NCBI RefSeq assembly: GCF_000143415.4
Contig: NW_003314306.1
Location: forward strand, 900,897-964,896
Origin: Selaginella moellendorffii
Lineage: Eukaryota > Plantae > Lycopodiophyta
DNA: 64,000 nt
Reading direction: 5' to 3'
Shown here: positions 50,597 to 62,300 of the stretch, one piece after another
How positions within the stretch are numbered: the first letter of the stretch is position 1
Layout: every line of letters begins with the position of its first letter
Made by a program: the position numbers and the translations under genes
The notes under the pieces: model-generated
The model's input: only the letters and a program-made list of their open reading frames with translations
Databases searched by the model: none
What the model was told of the DNA's origin: nothing

Positions 50597-52720
50597 CTAG
50601 GCTTCTCCACAAACGCTAGCCATGAGCAAAGTTGCCGCAGCTCGATCTTCCTCCGGGATTTCAAGCCCCAGAATGAGATCAAACACCGCCCTCGCGACGC
50701 GGGCATTTCCCCACTTGCGGCATCCGCCCAGCGCGCCCATGAGCGTCACAAATCCCGGCCTCGGCCGCTGGCATTCCAACATCCCCACCGCCTCGTCCAA
50801 TCGATTCGCCCGACAAAGGAGATCCACGACGCAGCTAATGTGCTCCTCGGAGGGGACAATGCCGTACACGTCCCGCATTTCGCGGAAGAACTGTCGCCCT
50901 TGGTCGACGAGCCCGGCGTGGCCGCACGCCGCGAGAATCGAAACGAAGGTCACTCGGTTTGGTCGGAGGCCCTGCTCGGCTTCCATCCCCTGGAGGGAAT
51001 CCAGCACGCGATCGATCTTGCCTTGGTGGCTGTGAGCTCCCACGAGAGCGTTCCACATCGCGAGGTCTCTAGCGGCAGCCGCGGCATCAAATACCGCCTC
51101 CGCGTCGCGCGAGCTCCCGGATCTCCCGTAGAAATCGATCAGTGCGGTGGTCACTAGCAGCTCGCTCTCGAATCCTCGCCGGCAGATCTTCGCGTGGATC
51201 GATCTTCCCGCCGCCAGAGCTCCCAGGTTCGCGCAGGCCTTGAGCGCTGTGAGATAAGTCACTGGGCTCAGAGGGGCTGGGATTTGCGCGAGCTCCATTC
51301 GAGCGAAGAGGGCGAGAGCTTGCTCGTTCTCGCCACCCTCGACGTAGGCGGAGATCATGGCTGTCCACGCGAAAACGTCGCGGAGATCCATGGAATCAAA
51401 CACGGTCTTGGCTTCCTCCACGCTCCCACACTTTCCATAGAGATCGATGAGAGTGCTCGAGAGAAAGAGATGGTGGTCTTGTCCAATGTTCTTCAGTTGT
51501 GAATGGATAGCTTGTCCCCTTCTCAGGCATGAAAGTTTCATAGATTTGGAGCTCGGACTGGTGGAACTCGGGCTCGAAGAGCTCGGACTGGAACTCGGGC
51601 TCTTTCCTGCCAAGTTTACACAGGCCTTGAGCGCTGCGAGGTAAGTCACAGCGTTGCTTCTCTCGAGCCTTTCAATCGACTCAAACGTCTCCAAGGCCTG
51701 TTCTTCGTCGCCACCCTCGGCATAGCCGAGAATCAGCGCGTTCCACGATGCGGCGTCGTCGTGGGCGATCGCGATTCCATCGAAAACAAGCTGAGCTTGG
51801 GTCATGCTGCCGACTTTTCCATAGAGATCGACCAGAGCGTTCGCCACGAATCCGTTGGACTCGCTGCCGGACCTTAGAATCCCCGAGTGAACGTCTCGAG
51901 CTTTCGAAAGATCTCCTGGAAAGTTGGCGCAGGCCTTGAGAGCTGCAAGGTAAGTCACCGCGTTTGGGCGAACTCCATCGTCTCGCATTCTCTCCAGGAG
52001 CTCCAGAGCAGTGTCTCCACGGCCACTCTCGGCGTATCCCAGAATCATGGAGCTCCACGACACAACATCCTGCGTTTTCATTCGATCGAAGACGCTCCTC
52101 GCGTCAACCATGCTCCCACACTTCCCATACGTGTCGATGAGCGTGCTTGCCACAAAAGTATGGAGCTCCAGTCCGGATTCGACGAGCTGGGAGTGGATTC
52201 TTCGTCCAATCTCCAAACACTCGGTGGATTTTCCTCGCTCTCTCGACGCGAGGTTGGCACAGGCCTTGAGAGCTGCGAGATAAGTCACTCGGTTTGGGCG
52301 ACAGGATCTCTCCAGGCCCGAGCTTTCCATTTGCGTGAAGAGATCGAGAGCTTGCTTGGCATCGCCATTCTCGGCGTACCCAAGTATGAGAGCGTTCCAC
52401 GAGACGACGCTCTTGCGAGGATTGGTTTCGAAAATCTTTCGAGCATCAACCATGCTCCCACACTTGGCATACATGGAAACGAGCGAGTTTGCAACGTAAG
52501 TGTCCGACGATGCCGCAGCGTCTCTGGAAACCTCGCCATGGATTCTCCTCCCGCCCTCTAAATCTCTGGAGCGAGCACATACCTTGAGCGCCGAGAGGAG
52601 AGCTGGAATGCTCAACGCCACTCCCTCTTTTGTCGAGGCTTCCCGGATTCTTTTCCGGCCGGAATATGAAGATGGTTCCTCCATCCTGGCGAGAAGAGCT
52701 CCAGCATGATGCCATTCCAT
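50597..52720 (-). CDS. PLS-class pentatricopeptide repeat protein ending in an E-like domain (probable organellar RNA-editing factor), intronless
   Basis: Repeated NSLVSMYAKCGSMVDARKIF / VVSWNALILGYAENG / PNRVTYLAALKACA; VTFVSILAACGHAGLVDQG..HISCVVDLLCRA..LGGCRKWGN; no DYW. Confidence 0.93.
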   Translation of the reverse strand: MEWHHAGALLARMEEPSSYSGRKRIREASTKEGVALSIPALLSALKVCARSRDLEGGRRIHGEVSRDAAASSDTYVANSLVSMYAKCGSMVDARKIFETNPRKSVVSWNALILGYAENGDAKQALDLFTQMESSGLERSCRPNRVTYLAALKACANLASRERGKSTECLEIGRRIHSQLVESGLELHTFVASTLIDTYGKCGSMVDARSVFDRMKTQDVVSWSSMILGYAESGRGDTALELLERMRDDGVRPNAVTYLAALKACANFPGDLSKARDVHSGILRSGSESNGFVANALVDLYGKVGSMTQAQLVFDGIAIAHDDAASWNALILGYAEGGDEEQALETFESIERLERSNAVTYLAALKACVNLAGKSPSSSPSSSSPSSTSPSSKSMKLSCLRRGQAIHSQLKNIGQDHHLFLSSTLIDLYGKCGSVEEAKTVFDSMDLRDVFAWTAMISAYVEGGENEQALALFARMELAQIPAPLSPVTYLTALKACANLGALAAGRSIHAKICRRGFESELLVTTALIDFYGRSGSSRDAEAVFDAAAAARDLAMWNALVGAHSHQGKIDRVLDSLQGMEAEQGLRPNRVTFVSILAACGHAGLVDQGRQFFREMRDVYGIVPSEEHISCVVDLLCRANRLDEAVGMLECQRPRPGFVTLMGALGGCRKWGNARVARAVFDLILGLEIPEEDRAAATLLMASVCGEA

Positions 52721-52946
52721 AGAGAAATCAACCCATAGAAAAGAAAGACTAGATTTTTTGTGGATCCAACCTCTTGAGTTCCTTTTAGTACACAATGCTA
52801 GGATCATCTATCGCTCTACAACAAAAACCATCCATTTCCCTTCCTCTCTCCAGCTTTTCCTTCTTCTCTAGCTGTGGATCTAGTATACAAACCCAAGGCA
52901 AGGAAAACGAATCAAAGAATGGACGTGTGCTCTCTCTTTCATCCAT

Positions 52947-53826
52947 TCAACTTTGCTCCGTCTTGACGGCCATGGCGGCTTGCCTTCTACGCATTTGAGC
53001 CTCGAGCTTATTTTGCATCTCTGCGAAACAAAAACAACGTTAGAAACTCTGCTCTTCATGCGTAAAACCAAGTGAAGAAGGGAGAAAGGCTTACTCTTGT
53101 GAGCAATTGCCTTGCGAGTGAGTGCCAAAAACTCTTCCCACTCGAACGATTGTAGCTCTTGTTTCTCTTCGTCTGTGAGTTGGAAGTTTGGCTCCCTTCC
53201 ACACATATAAGCAGCTCTAATGCCAGACAAAGATAAGAAACGACGAAACGAAACGAAGAGCTATGAAAAACTCTTTACCTGTCGTAGAGATGAGCAGCCT
53301 CTTCTTGGGTGTTGACGGTTCCCAGATGGACTTGTTTCTTCCCAACTTTGATGGCAGCCTGCCACTTCAAGTTCTTGAAGTAAACTCCCCGCAACATGCA
53401 CGGCTCCTGGTTATTCACTTGCTTCCTCCGGTGTAGCTTTCGCTTCTTGAGCTCCTTGTCTGCCAAAAACCAAGGATATCTCAAGCCGAGCAAACTAGAA
53501 AAGCAGTAGCGAGAGATACCTTTGAAGGGGGTTTTGAAAGCGAGAGGTGGTGGCTTGCCTATGTACTCCTGCAACTACGAAGGCATAGCCTCTTAGAACT
53601 TGAAACTGGAAACGAAGAGAAGAAAGTGATGGAAACTTACGTCTGTTCCATCCGGCCGATACATGGCCAGCGCCAGAGGCTCCACATTTTCACTACACTT
53701 GTTGGAAGCTTGCTGCAGCCTACATTTCTCTGATAGAACACACACACAGGAAACAAGTAAGATATGAGCTTTGAAGCAATAGAAACACTTACCACTCAGG
53801 TGCTTTCGTTTTCGAATGCTGACCAT
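52947..53826 (-). CDS. AP2/ERF soloist-type transcription factor (At4g13040-like), multi-exon
   Basis: N-terminal MVSIRKRKHL; KKRKLHRRK..EPCMLRGVYFKNLKWQAAIKVGKKQVHLGTVNTQEEAAHLYDR|AAYMCGREPNF. Confidence 0.87.
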
Positions 53827-56309
53827 GGCCTCCAGCTAAAGCTCTTTCAAAGTCTCCACCAAAACGACAGTAAAGCTAGTCCCACCCTCGAATCGACTTG
53901 TAGCAGCACAGCTTTTCTCCTTCCCGGCCCTCCACCAAAGCAAAAGCTCGATTTCTACGCACCCGTCCTTCCTGTTCACGCCGTAAGCTCCAAGCTTTCC
54001 TGGATCCCTTCCCCGCGGCTAGTTTGTCCCCGAGCTACTGTCCTACCACTGTTCTTCCCCTTTGCTCCAAATCCAAAGCTCCCCCCTGGATGTGTCCTAG
54101 CGCTCTAGCTGCAAACACGCACACACCGGGATGAAACGAATCATCGAGAAAGGTGGCACCGATAAAAACCAGCCAGCCAACCAGCCACCCCCGTCAATCA
54201 ATCAATCAATCCGGCCCCCACGGAGCTCCGGAAAAAGTCAACTTACAAGAACCACCGCCGCCTCCTCTTCGTCTTCTTCCTTGCAGCTCCAGCTCCACAA
54301 GATGGACCGCGCAAAAAAAATCCCCCTCTTCTTCTCGCTCTCCTAGTCAAACACAAGCACCTCTATTCCTCTTTCTCCTCCAACCAAGAACACGAAGAAA
54401 AAAAAAAACCTCTCCCCCAGATAGACGCAGAGAAAGAAAGCCCAAGCGCAGGCAGCAAGAAAGAAGAGAGACTTACCCGTGTAGCGTTTTGGAGCATTCC
54501 CTGGGATTCAATGGAGGCGGCCGAGCAAATGGGTCGGCGCTAAACCTTGCGAGGCGCGGCGGCGAGCACAGCCCAGTTCCCCAATCGCTGGAATCGGCGA
54601 GAGCGGCGGCCCCAAAAGCCTCCAAATCTTTGCTTGCCACCTTTTGCTAAACGAAGCGAGGGGACTAGCGCACCACCCTCGACGCCATGGATGGTGGTGG
54701 TGGTGGACGCTTAAACTCACGCACACGCACACGGGGGCACACCACTTAATAGAAAGAAAGAGAAAGAAAGAAGAAACCCAACCCAACTCTCTCCTCTCTC
54801 TTTGAGTTGATAGCCTAACTCTCTAAGTAAGAGTGAGATGCACGACTTTCAACTCTAACACGAAAAAAAAAAGGGCAAACAATGGGAGAGAGAGAGCCCA
54901 AAAGGTAAGCAAAAAAAAAAAGATTGAGAAAAAAAACGGCAAAAAGAAGAACAATGAGGGTTAAAATGTACAAAACCGACTTGGGTGGTGGAAATTATTT
55001 CCCCCCAGCGGTCCAATCCATGGTGGCTTAAGGTGAGATTAAAGGCTAATCACAATTAGCCGCGGGCCAACGACTGCTGTGTGCCACCGCCACCCTTCGG
55101 GAAAACAAATAGGATTTGTGCTAACCGAGGTGGGGTTTATTAGCATTAGCGGGTGATTAGCGCCGCAGGCGTCAGATTTCTCGGCAGCAACGGTGAGGAT
55201 TGGAGGGCGCCGGCGCTTTACAGGTATACGTGTACGCTGCATGGACCAGGAAGCAAAAAGCAAAAAATAATGCTTGCCTCTCTTTTATATGTTTCAAGCC
55301 TCGTTGTGTTTTTTTAGGGGCCACCACCTTTGGGTTTGTAATGAGGGAAAATTTTGACAAGGACGTGGAGTTTGTGGGTCGGCCTGCCGCCGCTGCCTCG
55401 TCTAGCAATAAAGTGGAGAAAGGTGGTGCAATCGCCACCGTTACTTTTAGCGCTTACCTGTCCCGTATGCTGGATTTTGATTTTGGTCAATGATTAAGTA
55501 CTTTAAGATATTTAACCATATTTATGTACTAAATTGTTTCTGAAGAAATTTCAAATGACACTAATCATCAAGTAGATTTAAAAGTAAATTCTACAGCCAA
55601 AACAAATATGCCAAAAATTAAATATGAAGAATTAGACAAATGGTTTTCCAAGTTAATTTTATCTCATCACATATATGTGATAACTTAAGCAGAATTCGAT
55701 TTCACAAACTAAGAACTCTTAAAAACAATAACTTAAATTAATATAATAACTTAGAGAAAATTAAAACTCTTTTGCTGTAAGAAAAATATATAAGTCTAAG
55801 AAAAAGAAGCTAATAGTTAGTATATCAACACCTTAGGAAGTTCCAAAGAAAAGGTATAATATAAAATGGTCTAAAGATTTAATTTGATTCAAATTTACAT
55901 TTTTATTTTATAATCACTCTTTAGCATCTTTATAATACCTCAAGATATGAGGGAACACTCTTTAGTATTCCTTCTTTGATCCCCATTAAGTCCCTTTCTA
56001 TTCACAACAATGTTTGTCAAATCTATTGATATAGGGCTCAAAAACCTATCTAATAAATCCCATTAATTTTTCAAACGGTAGCTAAAGCAAAGTTCTAATA
56101 AGCCATGCAAAGTATCCAATAATGCCACCCACATTTAGATTAAGAGCATTGACTATTCAATATTTTAGAGGAGTTAAAGCTAACTATTAAACATTTCACA
56201 AAATCATTTAACTTGTTCATTAATGTTCACTCTAACCTTGGATTCCTTAATGTTTACATCATTAGCCACTATATAGAAATAACATTTTCTAGTTATATTA
56301 ATTCTTTGG

Positions 56310-56830
56310 AATGCTCCCCCTATTATCCTATAGGGATTTACTAAACCCCTTAAAGTTTGGGAGAAGATTGTTTTGGGCTTTCAACCCACTTTATGATATG
56401 TTTATCTCTAAATATATCAAACCTTGGACTTGGTCTTATATATGGTCTCAGACTTGGTTTTAAATCCAATCTTGGATTTGGTCATAGACTTGATTCTAGA
56501 TTTAATTTTGGACTCAATCCCAAACTTAATTTTGAACTCGATCTTAGAGTTGCTTTAGACTTAGTCTCAAATTTGATCTTAAACTTTATTTCAACACTTC
56601 CATGTATTACGACACTTGCCACATATTAGTTATTCTTTTGTCCCTTTTTAAAAACTCACTTATCAATTGTTTTGTGCACTTATTTCGAAGTTCCACTCCC
56701 ACTCTCAACTTTTCAGGTTAGAGCTTTTAGTCTAAATATATTATGATTATTGACCTTTTGCCTTAGCCATTGCCATATTGCTCACCTTTGACTCTACTTT
56801 AGGATTTAGGGATTTGTGTTTTATAAGTGT
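56310..56830. mobile_element. Old AT-shifted remnant of the solo-LTR family seen at 18003-19651 (opposite orientation)
   Basis: ttttgggctttcaaccc, decayed hexamer array and aagttccactcccactctcaacttttcagg..gcttttagtc align to the reverse complement of ~18005-18730. Confidence 0.75.
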
Positions 56831-57877
56831 TTCATGACTAATCTAGCTTGATATCCAAGTAGTTTTTCCCCTTCCTAAGCCTCTAGTACTATATCATGAT
56901 TGTTACCCTCTTCTTTATAGCCATGCCATACATGAGTCATATATCAAAAAATATTTTAGAGCTAAAAACATGTAAGCATAATATTAAAACTAAAATTCTC
57001 ACTCTATCTAATTTTGCATTTTCAAATAGAGATAGAGAGAAACTAGTGCCATAAGGTTGAGGTGTTTACCACATAAGAATGAAACATAAAACTTATGAAA
57101 TTTTAAACAAAAGCATTTCTCACCCAAGTCCCCAAGTCTTTAATTCAGCCCCCAAATTATATCCATATGATAAATGCAAAATTATGAGATAATTTTTTGG
57201 GTAGATTTTATGACATTTTAGATTTAAGTATCATTTAAGGGTTCACCACTATTTTCAATCGTAAATCTAGTCCTTTGGAGGAAAAGGAACTCATCCCATT
57301 ACTCTATTTTATCTATATTCCTGAGTTTAGAAAAGAGCTTAATAAAACTATATAAGTAAATGATTTGTTTAGTTCAACTATCTATTAAGTTACATTTCAT
57401 TATAGGGTCAAAATATCTCAAAAGTGGCTAAGAAAAGTAAAGAAGTTAGAAATATATATATATTTAAACATTTTTTTCCTTATATTTCTTAGATTTTATC
57501 ACAAGATTTATCATTCAATCAATTACAAAGCTCAACTAACACAATATACATATATAAAGTACATTGCATGCCACTTTTTTGTATGGTAAAAAAAATAATT
57601 ATAAAACCGTTAAAATTATTTGTGGGAGTACCAAATTGTTTGACTTGGACCAATGTTGTAAATTAGTATTAAATTTTTTTTAACAAGTCCAAAATCATAA
57701 AAAAATTTGAAGTGATTGTTGTTGCAAAAGAAACATATGAGAAACAAAAAAATTAAAAGTAACAAAAAGGGCTACAAGGAAAAAGGATAAAAAATTAACA
57801 ATAAATAAAAAATAAAGAAGCAATAACTGCCAAGAAAAAAGAGAGGGAAGAAGTGTCAGGAATCCCCCAATTCTTGC

Positions 57878-58025
57878 CACATTCCTGACTCTCGCCGGAT
57901 TCCTGACCTGCAGACCACATTCCTGACTCTCGAGACACTTCTCTATTCCTGACTCTCGAGACACTTCCCTATTCCTGACTCTCGAGACACTTCCCGATTC
58001 CTGAGTCTCGAGCCACATTCCTGAT
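57878..58025 (+). repeat. ~20-26 bp tandem repeats (ATTCCTGACTCTCGAGACACTTC) in the LTR U3; also at 63088-63235
   Basis: About 7 occurrences of the attcctga core. Confidence 0.85.
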
Positions 58026-58337
58026 GATGATGTGGCGCCTCCTCGACCTCAGCTGTATTTAGGCTGTCCTCGATCCAAGAGTGGTGGAGCTTCATCAACC
58101 TATAGTATATATAGGTTAGCCTTGTTCCATTTCTCCACAATCTGAATCAACACCAGTCTAAGGCCTCTTCTTTGTTTTCACTAGCTTTTTCTCTTTGTCT
58201 TTAGCATTTTCCAGTCTTGATCTTGTTGGGGGTCTTGACAGTTTGATTCAAATTGTGTTTTTTGCTTTTCTTTTAGCTTGTTTTGATTATTTGATTGCCT
58301 TTGTCTTTTCCCCCCTTTCTTTTCTTTCTTCTTGCCA

Positions 58338-59309
58338 ATGGAGTCTCCAAGCCATCCTGATTTCTTTGCCGAAGTCCTTGCAAAAATCCAGTCTGAGAAT
58401 ACCGAGCTGAAGGCGACCCTTCTTCGCATGCAGCAGGAGCTTGCTTCACTTTCGGCTCAAGGATCCAGCAAAGTTCCTGAACCGAAGGTGAGTTTCCCGG
58501 CGAAATTTTCAGGCAAGCGTTCGGAGCTTCGTGGATTTTTGAATCAAATGGAGCTGATCTTTGCACTTCAACATCAGCGGTACCCCACTCCCGAGTCTCA
58601 AATCAGCGCGATTGGGACGTTGCTCGAGGGTGCAGCTTTGTCATGGTTTTCTCCTCTTCTGGAGAAGAGCATGAAAGGGGTCGTGGTTCCGGAGCTGATG
58701 GATCTTCAATTGTTCAAAGAGAAGCTCGAAGCATGTTTTGGCGAGACGGATCGGGTTCGGGCTGCTACCACAAAGATGAGACGTCTCTCTCAGGGGTCTC
58801 GTCCTGCCTCGATCTACGCTGCAGAGTTCCAACTCCTTGCCTTGGACACTCAGTGGGATGAGCAGGCCCTGATTGACCAATTTTGTTTCGGCCTCAACAA
58901 CGGTGTCAAGGATTTGTTGCTCACCATGGAGGATCCCAAGGACCTGTCGGACGCCATCAACAAAGCTGTTCGATGTGACAATCGTCTCTTTGAACGTCGT
59001 CAGAAAAGTCGCCGCGCCGCTGTTTTTCCGTCCCAGACTCAGGAATCCCAGCTTGAGTCTTCGGGGCATAGTCCTGAACCTACTGCTCCGGTCCCGATGG
59101 ATATTTCTGGTACTCCCCGACTCATTAGAGGGAAGTTGAGTCCTGCTGAGAGGCAACGTCGAATATCTCATAATCTTTGCCTCTACTGTGCTGATCCTAA
59201 TCACAAAGCAGCTGTGTGTCCCAGGAAGCCTCCCCGATTGCTCGAGTTCACTCTGCCTCAAAGTCCACCACTGTTGCAGTCGGGAAACGACCCTGTCCAA
59301 ACAGAGTAG
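58338..59309 (+). CDS. gag: Gag (PEG10/RTL1-like capsid with a CCHC knuckle)
   Basis: PEPKVSFPAKFSG..LRGFLNQ, LSQG..ASIYAAEF, F..GL...VKD, CLYCADPNHKAAVC. Confidence 0.95.
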   Translation: MESPSHPDFFAEVLAKIQSENTELKATLLRMQQELASLSAQGSSKVPEPKVSFPAKFSGKRSELRGFLNQMELIFALQHQRYPTPESQISAIGTLLEGAALSWFSPLLEKSMKGVVVPELMDLQLFKEKLEACFGETDRVRAATTKMRRLSQGSRPASIYAAEFQLLALDTQWDEQALIDQFCFGLNNGVKDLLLTMEDPKDLSDAINKAVRCDNRLFERRQKSRRAAVFPSQTQESQLESSGHSPEPTAPVPMDISGTPRLIRGKLSPAERQRRISHNLCLYCADPNHKAAVCPRKPPRLLEFTLPQSPPLLQSGNDPVQTE

Positions 59310-62300
59310 GAGCTGTCTGTTTGGACTCCCCAAATAAAAATCACTTTTCTTCCTTATCAAGCTCCTCACCACCTTTCATCAAAGCCACCACCAATTCCCG
59401 CAACTTCCGCGTCCCATGTCTCCTTTCTTTCACCGGACAATCAGGACTCAAGGCTTTGGCGCTACTGGACTCGGGTGCAACTTCCTGCTTCATGGACACG
59501 GACTTTGCTGCCCGACATCACGTTCCTCTTTCTCCTACCATACGGGATCTGAGGGTTGAAGGCATCAGCGGGCATTTTGTGTCTCCATCTTCTGGACTTA
59601 GGGAAACGTTGCCCGTTCGAGTACACATCGGGTCCACCGTCACCGATATCGCCTTCAACATCATCAACAGCAAGTCTTCCTCTGTGGTGCTCGGTCTTCC
59701 TTGGTTCCAACTACATCAGCCTCAGATTTGTTGGAAGGACTTACAGCTCATCTCTCCCACATCACCATCTCCCACGGCTTCCCCTGGTGTTCATCGAGTC
59801 CGAATCAGGAAAAGTTCCCTAAACTCAAGTCGGGGTTCTGTTCCTGACTCTACGCAGTTTTCATCCTCTTCTTTTTTCTCTCTTCCATCTTACACTGGAC
59901 AGTATCCTCGTCTCATCATTCCATTTAGTCGTACTCCTCCTCCTATCTCCACAATCACTATGAAAGAACTCCTTCATGAAGAACCTCTTTTTCTTTTTGC
60001 TTTGCATGTTTCTCCTGTCAGTCTTCCTGAGAAGTATCATGATTTTGGGGATGTGTTTGACAAGAAAAAAGCTAGTGTACTGCCTGTTCATCGGCCTTAT
60101 GATTGTCCCATTGATTTACAGAAAGGAGCGTCACCTCCGTGGGGGCCTATCTATGGGTTATCCCCGTCCGAGCTTAAGGCCCTCAAAGAGTACGTGGATG
60201 AGAACCTTGCCTCGGGCTACATTCAGCATTCGCAGTCCCCGGCTGGAGCGCCTGTCTTCTTTGTCAAGAAGAAGGATGGGAGCTTGCGGCTAGTCATCGA
60301 CTACCGAGGTTTGAACAAGGTGACTGTTCGGAACCGTTATCCGCTGCCCCTGATCTCGGACCTGTTGGAACGCCTCGGCGGTGCCCGCTTCTTCACCAAG
60401 ATCGACCTCCGTGGAGCATACAACCTGATCCGGATCCGGCCTGGTGATGAATGGAAGACTGCGTTCCGAACCCGCTATGGCCACTTCGAGTACACTGTCA
60501 TGCCATTTGGCTTGACAAATGCTCCAGCGGTTTTCCAACACATGGCGAACGACGTTTTTCGGGAGTTTCTTGATCAGATGGTGATCGTCTACCTCGATGA
60601 CATCCTCATCTACTCAAAAACTCAGGAGGAGCATGACGAACATGTTCGCAAGGTGCTAGCGAAGCTGCGAGAACACGACCTATACGCGAAGCTTGAGAAA
60701 TGTTCCTTTGATCAGCAGTCTGTGGAGTTCCTTGGGTACATTGTCACTCCTGAGGGTATCACGATGGATCCTGCAAAAGTCAAGACTATTCTCGAATGGG
60801 AGCCTCCACAATCAATGTCAGACGTTCAGGTTTTCCTTGGCTTCGCCAACTTCTACTGCAAATTCATTGATCACTACTCTGACATTGTCCTTCCTCTCAC
60901 ACATCTCACTCGCAAGGATGTTCCCTTCTCTTGGTCTGCTGCTGCCCAGCAGGCTTTCGACACACTCAAGGCGGCCTTCAGTTCTGCTCCTGTCTTGATC
61001 CATGCTGATTCCTCACAACCTTTCTTCATCGAGGCTAACGCCTCCGACTTTGCCATTGGTGCTGTGCTATCTCAACTCGGAGCGGATCACGAACTTCATC
61101 CGGTCGCTTTCCATTCTCGGAAATTCCAGCCTGCGGAGATCAATTACGAAATCCACAACAAGGAGCTTCTTGCCATCGTGGATTCCTTTGGAGAGTGGCG
61201 CCGTTTCTTGGAGGGGGCGAGCAATCAAACAACAGTCTGGACGGATCACAAAAATCTCGAGTACTTTACCACTTCCCGAGTTTTAAGCCGTCGTCAAGCA
61301 AGGTGGGCACAATTCCTGAGTCGGTTTGACTTTGTTATCAAGTACAGACCTAGAAAGTTTCAAGGCCTTCCTGATGCTCTTTCAAGGCGCTCCTATCTCA
61401 GTCTCAGGCCTGGTAATCCTGCCTTCGATCAACATCAAGTTATCCTCGGTCCTGATCGGCTTCAAGTTATGGCAATTTCCCTGGCCCCTCAGGACTCCTC
61501 CTTGATGGATGCAATCAGAAACGATCTTCAATCCGATGATCTCGCTAGCGACATTTTTCCCCATCTTCAGGCTGGACACCCAGTGACTCCCGACTGCCGG
61601 CGATTTGACGAGTTCGAGTTCTTAGATGGCTTATTGTACCGTGGGGAGCAGCTTTACGTTCCTGAAGGTGATGCTCGAAGGTTGATCCTGATGGCGTGCC
61701 ACGATAGCCCGACTGCTGGTCACTTCGGCATTGCGAAAACCTATGAGCTAGTTGCACGGGACTTTTGGTGGCCTCACATGGACGACTACATCAAAGCTTT
61801 TGTTACCTCCTGTGACACTTGTGCCCGGAATAAGGTACCTCGCCACCTTCCTTCAGGTTTGCTTCGTTCCCTTCCGGTCCCTTCAGGTCCTTGGGAATCC
61901 ATCTCCATGGATTTCTTGAGTGATCTTCCGAGTTCTGGAGGCTTCAACAGCATTTTAGTCGTGGTGGATCGCTTCACAAAGATGGCGCACTTCTTGCCAT
62001 GTACCAAGGAGTTTTCGGGCGAGGACATGGCAAAACTGGTATTCAGGGAAATTTTCCGACTTCATGGGATTCCTACAGATGTGGTTTCGGATCGGGGGCC
62101 TCAGTTCATCTCTCATTTCTGGCAACGGTTTTTGCAGTTGCTTGGAGTGAAGGCCAACCTCTCTTCGGCATATCATCCTCAAACTGATGGGCAGTCCGAG
62201 CGAACGATTCAGACATTGGAACAATTCTTGAGGTGCTTCATCAACTATCATCAGGATAACTGGTTCGATATCCTTCCCTTTGCTGAGTTCTCCTATAACA

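Noticed and set aside
57695-58140. Minus-strand ORFs with repeated SRVRNREVSRESG (also 63004-63350)
   Set aside because: Translation of U3 tandem repeats in the LTRs
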